In this document: piece by piece, positions 52,922-62,725 of the stretch | Layout of the letters: each line of letters opens with the position of its first letter | How positions within the stretch are numbered: position 1 is the stretch's first letter | From: Clostridia bacterium | GTDB taxonomy: Bacteria; Bacillota; Clostridia; Christensenellales; UBA1242 | Assembly: GCA_016283155.1 (NCBI GenBank) | Contig: JAEEMI010000019.1 | Coordinates: forward strand, 64,093 to 128,092 | DNA length: 64,000 bases | Direction of reading: 5' to 3' | Translations under genes and position numbers: made by a program | Notes under the pieces: model-generated | The model's database searches: none | The model's input: only the letters and a program-made list of their open reading frames with translations | What the model was told of the DNA's origin: nothing

Positions 52922-53698
52922 ATGGAAATTAATTTTATACTTACTGAAAAAATAACAGAATTAATTAAAAATGCTTACGCAGATTCAAAAACAATTCAAA
53001 ATAAAAACATTCAAAATAAAGAATTGAACGATATAGTTACGGATGTTGATGTTTTTATGGAAAAGAAAATCGTCGATGCAATTAAAGAATGGTTTCCATC
53101 ACATTCAATTTTAGCTGAAGAATGCGGCCAAATTAAAAAAGAAAGTGAATACGAATGGTTAATTGACCCGATTGATGGCACAATTAATTTTGCCGCCGGA
53201 ATTCCACTGTTTTCAACTACAGTTGCCTTAAGAAAAAATGGCGAGACAATTTTAGGTATTATTTATGATTATAACCAAAACGATGTTTATACTTGTATTA
53301 AAGGACAAGGCGCATACTGCAATGGAAAACCAATTTCTGTTTCTGGCACTACACAATTAAAAGACAGTATCATCTCATTTTGTATGACTTCACACTACAA
53401 CGAAAAACATATCCAGAAAGTATTGAATGTCGAAAGTAAATTAGCACCAAAAGTTCGTGGTTTACGTTTAATTGTTTCGTCAGCGATTGAGTTAGCTTGG
53501 TGTGCTTCTGGTAAAATAGACGGAGTTTTAAATGTGAAACCTAGCGTCGGTTTAAGTTCGGCAGCTGGAAAATTATTAGTACAAGAAGCCGGTGGTAAAG
53601 TCACCAATTTAAGTGGTAAACCCCGCGAAAACATCGACACAATGTTGGTAACAAATGGTAAAATTCACACCGACTTAGTTAATGCAATTAATAACTAA
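52922..53698 (+). CDS. inositol monophosphatase/SuhB-family phosphatase (paralog 2)
   Basis: LAEECG, LIDPIDGTINFAAGIPLFS and a C-terminal GG...NGK pattern. Confidence 0.85.
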   Translation: MEINFILTEKITELIKNAYADSKTIQNKNIQNKELNDIVTDVDVFMEKKIVDAIKEWFPSHSILAEECGQIKKESEYEWLIDPIDGTINFAAGIPLFSTTVALRKNGETILGIIYDYNQNDVYTCIKGQGAYCNGKPISVSGTTQLKDSIISFCMTSHYNEKHIQKVLNVESKLAPKVRGLRLIVSSAIELAWCASGKIDGVLNVKPSVGLSSAAGKLLVQEAGGKVTNLSGKPRENIDTMLVTNGKIHTDLVNAINN

Positions 53699-53715
53699 CG
53701 ATTAGAAAAATAGGT

Positions 53716-54285
53716 TTATTTTTTGATTGTTTCATCTAAATATGAACTGCCAATATCGGCAATAAACATCATTAAACTCAAAGGAAATTTTTTAAATGCG
53801 TCTGCCAAAGCGAAACTTCCTCCCATTACTCTAGTATCATATGGTCCCATATGCCAATTAATCGCCATTGCTTCTTCGCGAGTTAATTTCATAAAACCTG
53901 AAATAATGTAAACAGATTTTTCCCCGTGTCCATACGGTAACTGATCATCAACCGAATAATATGGTTCTTTAACCCATTCTCCGTCACGTTTAACATTCCG
54001 GTAATCAACTTTGTACGTATTAGCTTTACAAACATCGTGTAATAAAGCTGTAATAGCTATTGTTTCGTCATTATACGACATTTGTTCAGTAGCAATAATC
54101 TTTTTTAGACGATGATAAACTTTTACCGAGTGCTCAACCAAACCACCTTCAAAATTACTATGAAATTTAGTCGATGCTGGGCAAGTAAAAAAATCAGTGG
54201 ATTCCAACCATGCTAACAACTTGTCCGCACCTTCGCGTTTAATATTTTGTTGATAAATTGAAATAAATTCTTCTTTTGCTCCCAT
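53716..54285 (-). CDS. HD-domain phosphohydrolase
   Basis: GGLVEHS...TALLHDVCK (H...HD) pattern. Confidence 0.7.
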   Translation of the reverse strand: MGAKEEFISIYQQNIKREGADKLLAWLESTDFFTCPASTKFHSNFEGGLVEHSVKVYHRLKKIIATEQMSYNDETIAITALLHDVCKANTYKVDYRNVKRDGEWVKEPYYSVDDQLPYGHGEKSVYIISGFMKLTREEAMAINWHMGPYDTRVMGGSFALADAFKKFPLSLMMFIADIGSSYLDETIKK

Positions 54286-54294
54286 ACAAATAGT

Positions 54295-55347
54295 TTACTG
54301 CAAAAACATACAATCGCCAAACGAATAGAATCGAAAACTATTTTGCTTTGCCATTTCATAAAGTTCCAGAACTTTTTCTCGACCAATAAATGCCGAAACC
54401 AACATTAGCAAAGTTGATTTAGGTAAATGAAAATTTGTGATTAATGCAGAAATAACTTTAAATTGATATGGTGGATAAATAAAAATATCAGTAGTATCTA
54501 TAACGGCTTTAATTACCCCATATTTAGCAAAACACCCCTCTAAAGTACGTAAACTGGTAGTACCGGTTGCGATAATTCTACGACCATCACGTAAAGCATC
54601 ATTAATGATTCGAGCTGTTGATTCTGAAATCTGATATCGTTCAGTATGCATTACGTGTTTAGTAATATCATCAACCTTAACTGGACGAAAAGTACCTAAA
54701 CCAACGTCTAATACAACCGGCGCAAAAATAACTCCTTTAGCACGTGCTTCCGCCATTAAGGTTTTAGTCCAATGTAAACCTGCGGTTGGAGCGGCTGCAC
54801 TGCCATCAACTTTAGCATAAACTGTATTATAATTTTCTTTGGTAGCGTTACCATTTTGAATATAATGAGGCAATGGAATTTCACCAACTTCGTCAATTAC
54901 CGCTTCTAAATTTTGTGATCCTTCGGAACAACTTAATTGCATTATAGCTGTACCTGCATCAGTGTTTTTATTGATTAATGTTGCTTGTAAGCGTCCAGAA
55001 ATATCCACCACATCACCAGGTTTTAAACGGCGCAAAGGTTTTACTAAAACTTCGTAATGATTTAAATCAATTTTTTTTAACAATAAAATTTCAATCACTG
55101 CTCCAGTTGACTTTTTTCCCATTAAACGCGCAGGAATAACACGTGTTTCATTAATTACCACAACATCCCCACTTCGTAAAAAAGACAAAATATCCTTAAA
55201 TTGATTGATTTGTGTTTGTTTAGTTTGACGATTGTAAACCAACATCTTACAAGCATCACGCGGTTCAATTGGTGCCGATGCAATCATACTATCGGGTAAT
55301 TCATAATCATAATCAGATAAAAATTCCACATAAATTATATACAACAA
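54295..55347 (-). CDS. queA: S-adenosylmethionine:tRNA ribosyltransferase-isomerase QueA
   Basis: DYDYELPDSMIASAPIEPRD, VINETRVIPARL, APTAGLHWT and FYSFGDCMFL. An alternative start is the GTG at 55329. Confidence 0.92.
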   Translation of the reverse strand: MLYIIYVEFLSDYDYELPDSMIASAPIEPRDACKMLVYNRQTKQTQINQFKDILSFLRSGDVVVINETRVIPARLMGKKSTGAVIEILLLKKIDLNHYEVLVKPLRRLKPGDVVDISGRLQATLINKNTDAGTAIMQLSCSEGSQNLEAVIDEVGEIPLPHYIQNGNATKENYNTVYAKVDGSAAAPTAGLHWTKTLMAEARAKGVIFAPVVLDVGLGTFRPVKVDDITKHVMHTERYQISESTARIINDALRDGRRIIATGTTSLRTLEGCFAKYGVIKAVIDTTDIFIYPPYQFKVISALITNFHLPKSTLLMLVSAFIGREKVLELYEMAKQNSFRFYSFGDCMFLQ

Positions 55348-56224
55348 AACTTACTCCATAAGCAAGCAACAAATTAGTAAAAAACACTTTAATACCAGTT
55401 TTGTGTCCACAATGACAATTAATTGCTGTTTGCGCTGCAATACACTTTGGATACAATGCAAAGAAAGTTATTAATGACAATACCATTGGAACAGATAAAA
55501 TGTTTATGACATTAGGGAAAAATAACAAAACTGAAACAGCTGCTTCTTTGGCAATGATACCAAACAATAATGCGCATATAATTACTGGATGGTTCAAACC
55601 GACTGACACAAAGATTGGTGAGAAAAGACCACAGATTGAAAATAAGATTGATTGTTGAGAATCATTAACAAATTTGAAATTAAATGAAAATCGTGCTAAA
55701 ACAACGATTATAAAAGCGCTTATTATAAAAGCAATAATAATTTTCTTTGCAAAAATTAACGTTTGCCTTAAAGTATCTAGCAAACATTTACCAAGATTGG
55801 GAAAAGTTAATTGAATGTTTGTATCATAATTAATTTTTTCTACATTGTTTTTAGGCACAAACATTATCACTAAAATAGCAATAATTATACAAAACAAATA
55901 TACAACAAAAATGGACCCAAAAGGTAAACCAAGTACAGTTAATAACAAAAAAATTAGCATTGGTAACTGTGCCGTACAAGGAATTAACGATAAAAAATAC
56001 ACCAAACGCTTACGTTGCGGATTATCACGCGCTGAACATACAGCCATTGTTGTACAATTAAAAGTTAAACAAATTGGTAAAACATTATTGATTGGTAAAT
56101 GAAAAATACGAGCAATCTTTGCCAAAAGTCCACTCTTCTCTAATATCGATAAAATTAGATACAAAAGGAAAACTTGCGGAATAAATTCAACCAATGTACA
56201 TAAAATTTCCCAAATTGATGGCAC
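55313..56224 (-). CDS. FeoB-like membrane (Gate/nucleoside-recognition) domain protein without G-domain
   Basis: ILEKSGLLAKIARIF and LTFNCTTMAVCSARDNPQRKRLVYFLSLIPCTAQLP match the FeoB permease core (LEDSGYMAR..., GFGCNVPA...R...CSARLP). There is no GTPase domain. Confidence 0.6.
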   Translation of the reverse strand: MPSIWEILCTLVEFIPQVFLLYLILSILEKSGLLAKIARIFHLPINNVLPICLTFNCTTMAVCSARDNPQRKRLVYFLSLIPCTAQLPMLIFLLLTVLGLPFGSIFVVYLFCIIIAILVIMFVPKNNVEKINYDTNIQLTFPNLGKCLLDTLRQTLIFAKKIIIAFIISAFIIVVLARFSFNFKFVNDSQQSILFSICGLFSPIFVSVGLNHPVIICALLFGIIAKEAAVSVLLFFPNVINILSVPMVLSLITFFALYPKCIAAQTAINCHCGHKTGIKVFFTNLLLAYGVSFVVYNLCGIFI

Positions 56225-56236
56225 ATAAAATGTATA

Positions 56237-57166
56237 TTATTGAACAGTAGTGATTTTGCGTTGTCTAGTATATAAACGAGCAGTTTCAAATTGTTTATAC
56301 AACGGTGCAATTAAAAATAGCGACGAATAAGTACCAGCAAACAAACCGAAGATAATTGGTAACGCAAATTCAATTAACGAAGATAAATTCATAACTAAAC
56401 TAATTATCGTTAAAACCAACAAAGTTGCCAAGGTTGTTGCAACCGTAAGAATACTACGTCCTAACGTACGGTTAATTGAGCGGTTAACAATCTGTTCCAA
56501 AGTATAATTTTCCGTATTATTCTTTTCGTAATTACGAACTCGGTCAAAGACAACTAAACTATTATTAATTGAATATGCCATAACTGTAAGAATTGCCGCG
56601 ATAAAAGAAGCATTAATTTCAATTTGGAAAATTGCCATTAAAGCACAAATCATTAATACATCGTGAGCCAAAGCTAAAACAGTTGCCATACCTGCCGTAA
56701 ATTTAAAGCGAATCAACATATAAACAATCAAACCAGCCAACGCAGCCAAAATTGACCAGAAAACCGAAACAATGGTTTCTTTAGTAGTACCTGCTTGAAT
56801 ACTATCGGCAGAATTCCAATCTTCAGTATTAAAATACGATTGCAAATCGGCAATAATTGCCTCAGTTTTATCGACAGCATTAAATTTAATTGAATAATTA
56901 TTACCACCACTAGTGTTCTGTTCTTCGGTAATTGTATATTTAACATCAAACGAATCCATTTTTTCTTCAATTTCGGCTTTAGTGTGTTCACCATTGGCAT
57001 TAACACTAACGATTGTACCACCGGTGAATTCTAGACCTAAATTAAAGCCTAAAACAGCTAACATAATAACACCAATCACAAGGATTACAGCTGGGGCAAT
57101 AAAAAACCAACGACCATTACGTACATAGTTAAAATTTGAATTTTTAATTTTATCTACTAGTTTCAT
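56237..57166 (-). CDS. secF: protein translocase subunit SecF
   Basis: LGLEFTGGT and a six-TM SecF topology. Has a 4-nt overlap with secD. Confidence 0.9.
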   Translation of the reverse strand: MKLVDKIKNSNFNYVRNGRWFFIAPAVILVIGVIMLAVLGFNLGLEFTGGTIVSVNANGEHTKAEIEEKMDSFDVKYTITEEQNTSGGNNYSIKFNAVDKTEAIIADLQSYFNTEDWNSADSIQAGTTKETIVSVFWSILAALAGLIVYMLIRFKFTAGMATVLALAHDVLMICALMAIFQIEINASFIAAILTVMAYSINNSLVVFDRVRNYEKNNTENYTLEQIVNRSINRTLGRSILTVATTLATLLVLTIISLVMNLSSLIEFALPIIFGLFAGTYSSLFLIAPLYKQFETARLYTRQRKITTVQ

Positions 57167-58566
57167 TTAGCACCACCCATATTTAATTTACGCTTTTGTG
57201 GAACAACTGGCTTTTCTTCAATTACATCTTCGCCATTGGTATTTTTCTTTAACTTAATATTGGCTCGATTTGCATTGTCTGGATTAATATATAAATACAA
57301 TTTTGCTAAACTACGAGTTATTACTAGACCAACAAACATTGAAATTGCCACACCTAAAGCTAATGTAATTGCAAAGCCACGGATTGAACCAGAACTCAAG
57401 AAATACAGGATCAAACTAACAATAATTGTGGTAACGTTTGCGTCCAAAATTGTAATTACCGATTTATTAAAACCTGAATGTGTTGCTGCAGCAAAACGCT
57501 TGCCAGAACGATATTCTTCTTTAATTTGTTCAAAAATCAAAATGTAAGCATCAACCGCCATTCCTATGGATAGAATAATACCCGCGATACCAGGTAACGT
57601 TAATTGAATTGAATCAATAATTGCCAAACAGAAAATGAAGATAGCTGTATAAATAATTAATGATAAATTCGCAATTAAACCAAAATCACGATATACAATA
57701 ATCATCAAAACAAAGATTAATAATAAACCAATCGCTAAAGCAATTAAGCCAGCCTTAATTGCCCCCTCGCCCAAAGTTGCAGGAATGTAACTCATTTGAC
57801 TAACGTTTAATCCAACATTATACATACCTGATTCAATTTGTAACGCAAATTTATCCGCACTTTCTTTGGTATATTGCCCTGTAATCAAAACCTTGCCATC
57901 TGATCCTAATGTGCTAGCATTTTCTGAATTAATTTGTGGTGAACTAATTAATGTTTTATTAGAAAAAATTGGCAAATATTGTCCACCAGCATCTTTTACT
58001 TTTTCACGAAATTTAGTTTTACCTTCTGGGGTAAATGTTAGTTGAATCGCATAATTCGAAGCATTTTCTGGATCAGAAATAACTTTAACACTAGATAATC
58101 CTTCACCAGTTAAAAATTTTTTTGATGCATCATAAGTTTTACTAGATTCATAATCACTATTTGGTTCTAAGAACTCAATATTGGCAGGAGTACCAATGGC
58201 ATCCATAATGTCTTCCGTATCACTCATACCTGGAACTTCAATACGGATTTTATAATTTGGATTTGTCCCTTGTTTCGTAACAGTTGATTCCAAATAACCT
58301 TGCTTAGATAATGTGTTCTTAATGCGGTTAATTGTCGCATCCACTTCAGCCTCTAAATCAGCACTGTTTTCGGCTGGTTCGACCGTATACACTGCCAAGA
58401 CACCACCATTCAAATCAATGCCCATTTTGTTTTTAATTGCTTGATAACAACCAACGTATTTTGTATTTGTAAACGGGAAAGTAAACTCAACAAAACACAA
58501 TGCTACCGCAATGGCAACAATAACACATATGACACAATATTTAATAATTGCCCGTGTTTTATTCAT
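57163..58566 (-). CDS. secD: protein translocase subunit SecD
   Basis: MGIDLNGGV, a periplasmic P1-type domain, and C-terminal TM bundle motifs LTLPGIAGIILSIGMAVD. The ATG at 58566 is preferred over 58620. Confidence 0.9.
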   Translation of the reverse strand: MNKTRAIIKYCVICVIVAIAVALCFVEFTFPFTNTKYVGCYQAIKNKMGIDLNGGVLAVYTVEPAENSADLEAEVDATINRIKNTLSKQGYLESTVTKQGTNPNYKIRIEVPGMSDTEDIMDAIGTPANIEFLEPNSDYESSKTYDASKKFLTGEGLSSVKVISDPENASNYAIQLTFTPEGKTKFREKVKDAGGQYLPIFSNKTLISSPQINSENASTLGSDGKVLITGQYTKESADKFALQIESGMYNVGLNVSQMSYIPATLGEGAIKAGLIALAIGLLLIFVLMIIVYRDFGLIANLSLIIYTAIFIFCLAIIDSIQLTLPGIAGIILSIGMAVDAYILIFEQIKEEYRSGKRFAAATHSGFNKSVITILDANVTTIIVSLILYFLSSGSIRGFAITLALGVAISMFVGLVITRSLAKLYLYINPDNANRANIKLKKNTNGEDVIEEKPVVPQKRKLNMGGAK

Positions 58567-58648
58567 ATAAGTTTGATTATACCACAAATATTGCATTGCT
58601 ACAAAGTATTTTATTGCCAAATTTCAAATTAAACTCATATACGAAGTT

Positions 58649-59494
58649 ATGGAACCAATTTTTACTGGAATAGCAACCGCATTAGTTACACCTTTTAATT
58701 CTCAGGGAAAAGTCGACTTTCTAATTTTGCGTCATCTAATTGAACGTCAAATCAAAATGGAAGTTGATGCTTTGGTAATTTTAGGAACAACTGGAGAAAT
58801 CTCAACCTTATCAACAAAAGAACGGCACTCTATTATTGACTGTTCTTTAAAAACCGTTAATGGACGTATCCCTTTGATTTTTGGTATTGGTGGAAATGAC
58901 CCAACTAACATTATAAATTTAGGAAAGTATGTTGCTACGGCGGCGCAAAACATACCTGGTCAAGTTGGTATTATGGTAACAGCACCTTATTACAACAAAG
59001 GAACTCCTAATGGAATTTATACATATTACAAAACCATTACCGAAGCTGTTAAATTACCAATGATTGTTTATAATATTCCCTCACGTACTAGCGTTAATAT
59101 CACGCCAGATAATCTAGCTAGAATCGCGACTCTTCCCTATATTGCAGGAATTAAAGAAGCTAGTGGTAATCTACAGCAAATCACACAAACCGCCTTACTC
59201 TGTCCTAATATCGCAGTTTACAGCGGTGATGATACTTTATCATTACCATCTTACTCTGTTGGTTGTCGTGGTATCATATCAGTAGCAACTAATTTAGATG
59301 TCATACCGGTCAAAAGAATTTGGCAACTATATAACGATGGTAAAACAAAACTTGCCTTAAAATGTTTTCAAAAAGAACTTCCTTTTTACCAATCGTTATT
59401 TCACGTTGTAAATCCAATTCCGATTAAAGCCGAATTAGCTAAAAAAGGGTTAATAAAAAACGTATTACGCTTGCCACTGCTACCGATTCAATGA
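58649..59494 (+). CDS. dapA: 4-hydroxy-tetrahydrodipicolinate synthase
   Basis: ALVTPF, GTTGE, YNIPSRT and GIKEASG (Schiff-base Lys). Confidence 0.92.
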   Translation: MEPIFTGIATALVTPFNSQGKVDFLILRHLIERQIKMEVDALVILGTTGEISTLSTKERHSIIDCSLKTVNGRIPLIFGIGGNDPTNIINLGKYVATAAQNIPGQVGIMVTAPYYNKGTPNGIYTYYKTITEAVKLPMIVYNIPSRTSVNITPDNLARIATLPYIAGIKEASGNLQQITQTALLCPNIAVYSGDDTLSLPSYSVGCRGIISVATNLDVIPVKRIWQLYNDGKTKLALKCFQKELPFYQSLFHVVNPIPIKAELAKKGLIKNVLRLPLLPIQ

Positions 59495-59500
59495 TATAAT
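59471..59500 (+). promoter_or_regulatory. sigmaA-type extended -10 promoter placed 7 nt from the ATG of the dnaB/dnaD-like gene
   Basis: TTGCCA, 18-nt spacer, TGATATAAT. The predicted +1 is the A of the ATG at 59507. No SD. The promoter lies within the 3' end of dapA. Confidence 0.5.
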
Positions 59501-59506
59501 GCCGAT

Positions 59507-60226
59507 ATGGGTTTAGTTTCGTTTTCGCGTGGTTATATGACCTCAGGATACACTAATATATCCAATATATTTATGGAAGAACATCTGCCATATGCCAATG
59601 GCGATTGTGTCCGAGTTTATTTATATGGTCTCTATCTTTGTCAAAATTCAACTAGCGCAGACAATACCATTGAAATGATGAGTACCAAATTAGGTATTAG
59701 TGTTACCAACATTAAGGATGCTTTTGAGTACTGGGAAAAACAAAACCTTGTTCAAATTTTAGACACCGTACCAATGGAAATTAAATATTTACCAATTAAA
59801 CGCAATTCAGCTAAAGTTCGTGAATTGCCCAAAGGACAATACGATGACTTTAATACAAAAGCCCAATCAATTCTGGATGGGCGTATGATTACCACAACCG
59901 AGTTTCACGAATACTATGCTTTTATGGAAAGTATGCACTTTGAACCCGAAGCACTGTTATTAGTAATTAGAAGTTGTGTTGACATTAAAGGCTTTACCGT
60001 TGGCTATGCCTATATTTTAACGGTTGCAAAAAACTTAGCTTATGAAGGTTTAACAACCTACACTGCTGTTTCCACAAAATTCAAAGAAGCCCAAAGTGAT
60101 AAAAATGCTTTAACTGATTTAATTAAACAAATTCGTAAGAATAAACCCAATACAAAAGAATTTATTCGTCATAGTTATTCTGCAGAAGCATTAAAGGAGA
60201 AAGAAACTGATGTTAGCGAATTTTGA
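59507..60226 (+). CDS. DnaD-domain replication initiation protein (Bacillus DnaB/DnaD family)
   Basis: N-terminal winged-helix-like region and a DnaD-type C-terminal domain. Lies upstream of a dnaI-like loader, as in the dnaB-dnaI operon. Confidence 0.65.
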   Translation: MGLVSFSRGYMTSGYTNISNIFMEEHLPYANGDCVRVYLYGLYLCQNSTSADNTIEMMSTKLGISVTNIKDAFEYWEKQNLVQILDTVPMEIKYLPIKRNSAKVRELPKGQYDDFNTKAQSILDGRMITTTEFHEYYAFMESMHFEPEALLLVIRSCVDIKGFTVGYAYILTVAKNLAYEGLTTYTAVSTKFKEAQSDKNALTDLIKQIRKNKPNTKEFIRHSYSAEALKEKETDVSEF

Positions 60227-60932
60227 CCGTTATGATTTAATTATTCAAGCCCGCAAGAGTAAAAAGTTTCGCGAACTTGATGACAAAGTGCGCGTGATGG
60301 CCTTTGAACTGGGTAAAAAAAATCCAGATGTTAATAAAAATGAATATTATAAATTAAAGTTACAACGCGATAAACAATTAACCGAATTCATCAAAAACGT
60401 TGAGCCAACCATCAACGATATAAAACCATTCGACCGCACTGTCTATCAAAAGATAGATTCAAAAACCATACAAAAAATTGATATTTACATCAGTAAATTT
60501 CCAAACACAAAACGAAAGAATATTGTATTTACTGGACCAACCGGAACTGGTAAGACGTATTGTGCTAATTTAATTCTACACGAATTAACGCAAAAAGGTT
60601 TTAACGTCCATTTAACAAGCACTTTCAACTTAATTAAAAGAATGAAGGATTATCTCTTTGGACAAGATACTGACGTACCATATGATTTTTTTGAAAGTGA
60701 TTTACTGATTATTGATGATCTTGGTGCCGAACCAAGTATTAAAAATAGCGATGAAATGTTACACACAGTAATAAATGAACGTTATAGTAACAACAAAGCA
60801 TTTATAGTAACCACAAATCTTACAAAAGATCAAGTTTCAACACGTTATGGTGACCGTATTTTAGGTCGTATTTACGACAATAATAAATCCGCAATTTTAA
60901 TTTTTAACGGGAAAGACCTCCGCATAGAGTAA
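60210..60932 (+). CDS. dnaI: helicase loader ATPase (DnaI/DnaC, IstB-like AAA+)
   Basis: Walker A FTGPTGTGKTY, Walker B LLIIDDLGAE, and sensor TTN. Confidence 0.8.
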   Translation: MLANFDRYDLIIQARKSKKFRELDDKVRVMAFELGKKNPDVNKNEYYKLKLQRDKQLTEFIKNVEPTINDIKPFDRTVYQKIDSKTIQKIDIYISKFPNTKRKNIVFTGPTGTGKTYCANLILHELTQKGFNVHLTSTFNLIKRMKDYLFGQDTDVPYDFFESDLLIIDDLGAEPSIKNSDEMLHTVINERYSNNKAFIVTTNLTKDQVSTRYGDRILGRIYDNNKSAILIFNGKDLRIE

Positions 60933-61398
60933 ATGCGTGAGTTAACGCAATTGCTAAAGCATCGGCGGCATCGTCAGGCTTAATTTTTTGTTCTTGATTT
61001 AAAATTTTACCGACAGCTGCTTGCATCTCTTTTTTCTTAGCCTTGCATCCACCTGTCATCGCAATTTTAATTTGATTTGGTTTATAATTAAATACTTCAC
61101 CGTGATAATAAGTTGCACGCATTAAAGCAATACCCCGTGCTGCCGCAACCTTTAAGCCTGTAGTAACATTGGCAGCAAAAAACAGTTCTTCAATCGCAAT
61201 ATCATCTGGTTTGTATTCTTCAAACAAGCGCGCCAAATCTTCGTTAATTTGACATAAGCGCTTTCCGAAATCTTGTTCTTTATCGGTTTCAATTGCACCA
61301 TAATCAATTAAACTAACTTCTTCACCTGTTAATTTAATTACACCCCAGCCCATAATGCCAAAGCCGGGATCAATTCCCATAATAATTTTATTCGGCAT
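60904..61398 (-). CDS. ruvC: Holliday junction resolvase RuvC
   Basis: IMGIDPGFGIMGWGVI, IAIEELFF and DAADALAIALTHA. Confidence 0.92.
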   Translation of the reverse strand: MPNKIIMGIDPGFGIMGWGVIKLTGEEVSLIDYGAIETDKEQDFGKRLCQINEDLARLFEEYKPDDIAIEELFFAANVTTGLKVAAARGIALMRATYYHGEVFNYKPNQIKIAMTGGCKAKKKEMQAAVGKILNQEQKIKPDDAADALAIALTHAFTLCGGLSR

Positions 61399-62101
61399 TA
61401 TGATAAACCGCTTGTACGTCGTCGTTACTTTCTAAAGTATCAATTAATTTTTCAAATGCCGCCGATTTATCATCAGGAATCGTAACAGTTGATAATGGAA
61501 CCCACGCGACTTCCGCACTTTCTGTCTTAATTTGATTTTGTTCTAAAACATTTAATACTGCATTGAAATTTTCAGGTTTAACTGTAATTGTGACAATTTC
61601 ATCTTCTGTTGATAAATCCTCAATCGGACTATCAATTAAAACTTCCAATAAACTATCTTCGGTTTGGTTAGCCACATTTATCACACCCAAACGATTAAAT
61701 AAGAATGACACTGAACCAGAAACACCTAAAGCTCCACCTGACTTATCGAAATACGAACGAACATCACCGGCAGTACGATTTTTATTATTAGTTAAAGCTT
61801 CAACGATAACGGCAACACCAGCTGGACCATAACCTTCATAGACCATTGCATCATAGTTGTTCGCATCGCCATCTCCAAGACCTTTGGCAATCGCACGTTT
61901 AATATTATCGTTTGGCATATTATTACTTTTTGCCTTAGCAATAACTTCTTTTAATTTACTGTTATGTTCAGGGTCACCACTACCCCCCATTTTGACCGCA
62001 ACAATAATTTCTTTACCCAATTTCGTATAGATATTGCTACGTTCTGCATCAGCAAGTCCTTTTTTACGGTGTATTTTACTCCATTTATTATGTCCACTCA
62101 T
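61388..62101 (-). CDS. YebC/PmpR-family transcriptional regulator
   Basis: MSGHNKWSKIHRKKG start and YEGYGPAGVAVIVE. The ATG is at 62101. The ORF track starts at 62137. Confidence 0.92.
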   Translation of the reverse strand: MSGHNKWSKIHRKKGLADAERSNIYTKLGKEIIVAVKMGGSGDPEHNSKLKEVIAKAKSNNMPNDNIKRAIAKGLGDGDANNYDAMVYEGYGPAGVAVIVEALTNNKNRTAGDVRSYFDKSGGALGVSGSVSFLFNRLGVINVANQTEDSLLEVLIDSPIEDLSTEDEIVTITVKPENFNAVLNVLEQNQIKTESAEVAWVPLSTVTIPDDKSAAFEKLIDTLESNDDVQAVYHNAE

Positions 62102-62723
62102 AGAAATGAGTATAACACATAATAATTCCGCCGGCAACTGCTACGTTTAAAGATTCACACCCATCATTCATTGGAATAGTTACCACTTGATAATGTGGCA
62201 TTTGATAAAATATCGGATTAATTCCTTGTCCCTCATTTCCTAATACAATACCAAAGTTAGTCGTTTTAACTGGTGTTGGTTTTGAACCGTTTAAGTCCGC
62301 CAGATAATACAAAGTATCTGTTGGTAAATGTGCATAATCAGTATCAATAATATTAACGCGCAGAGCCATACCGCTACTGGCACGAATTACTTTTGGTGAA
62401 TACGGGTCAACGCAATCAATGGTATAAACCGTCTTAAAACCAAATGCTAAAGCCGTTCTCAAAATTGTTCCCATATTACCAGGATCTTGAATCCTATCTA
62501 ATACTAAAAAAGGTGTGGTCGGTGTCGATGGTTTTGGGATTCGTGCAACTGCGACACGTCCGTGATAATTCTCTAAGTTTTGTAGACTATCTTCGGAGAA
62601 AACTTTAACCACTAAATCCTTGTGATCTTTAATGATTTTTTCGCCCTCAAGAATACACAAAGAAAACTCCTGTCGATATTTTTTCGACAGAAGTTTCTTT
62701 AAAATTTTTGATGTAATTTCCAT
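62088..62723 (-). CDS. TrmH/SpoU-family RNA 2'-O-methyltransferase
   Basis: DRIQDPGNMGTILRTA, VLGNEGQGI and ESLNVAVAGGI motifs. Confidence 0.85.
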   Translation of the reverse strand: MEITSKILKKLLSKKYRQEFSLCILEGEKIIKDHKDLVVKVFSEDSLQNLENYHGRVAVARIPKPSTPTTPFLVLDRIQDPGNMGTILRTALAFGFKTVYTIDCVDPYSPKVIRASSGMALRVNIIDTDYAHLPTDTLYYLADLNGSKPTPVKTTNFGIVLGNEGQGINPIFYQMPHYQVVTIPMNDGCESLNVAVAGGIIMCYTHFYEWT

Positions 62724-62725
62724 TA

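Noticed and set aside
31001-53698. The two IMPase-family genes (31001-31789 and 52922-53698) as a recent duplication or repeat.
   Set aside because: DNA similarity is limited to the conserved DPIDGT-NFAAGIPL motif region. They are diverged paralogues on opposite strands.
58614-58651. dapA as an additional leaderless example (TTGCCA ... TCATAT/TATACG ... ATG).
   Set aside because: The -10 candidates are poor matches with non-optimal spacing, so it is not counted among the supported cases.
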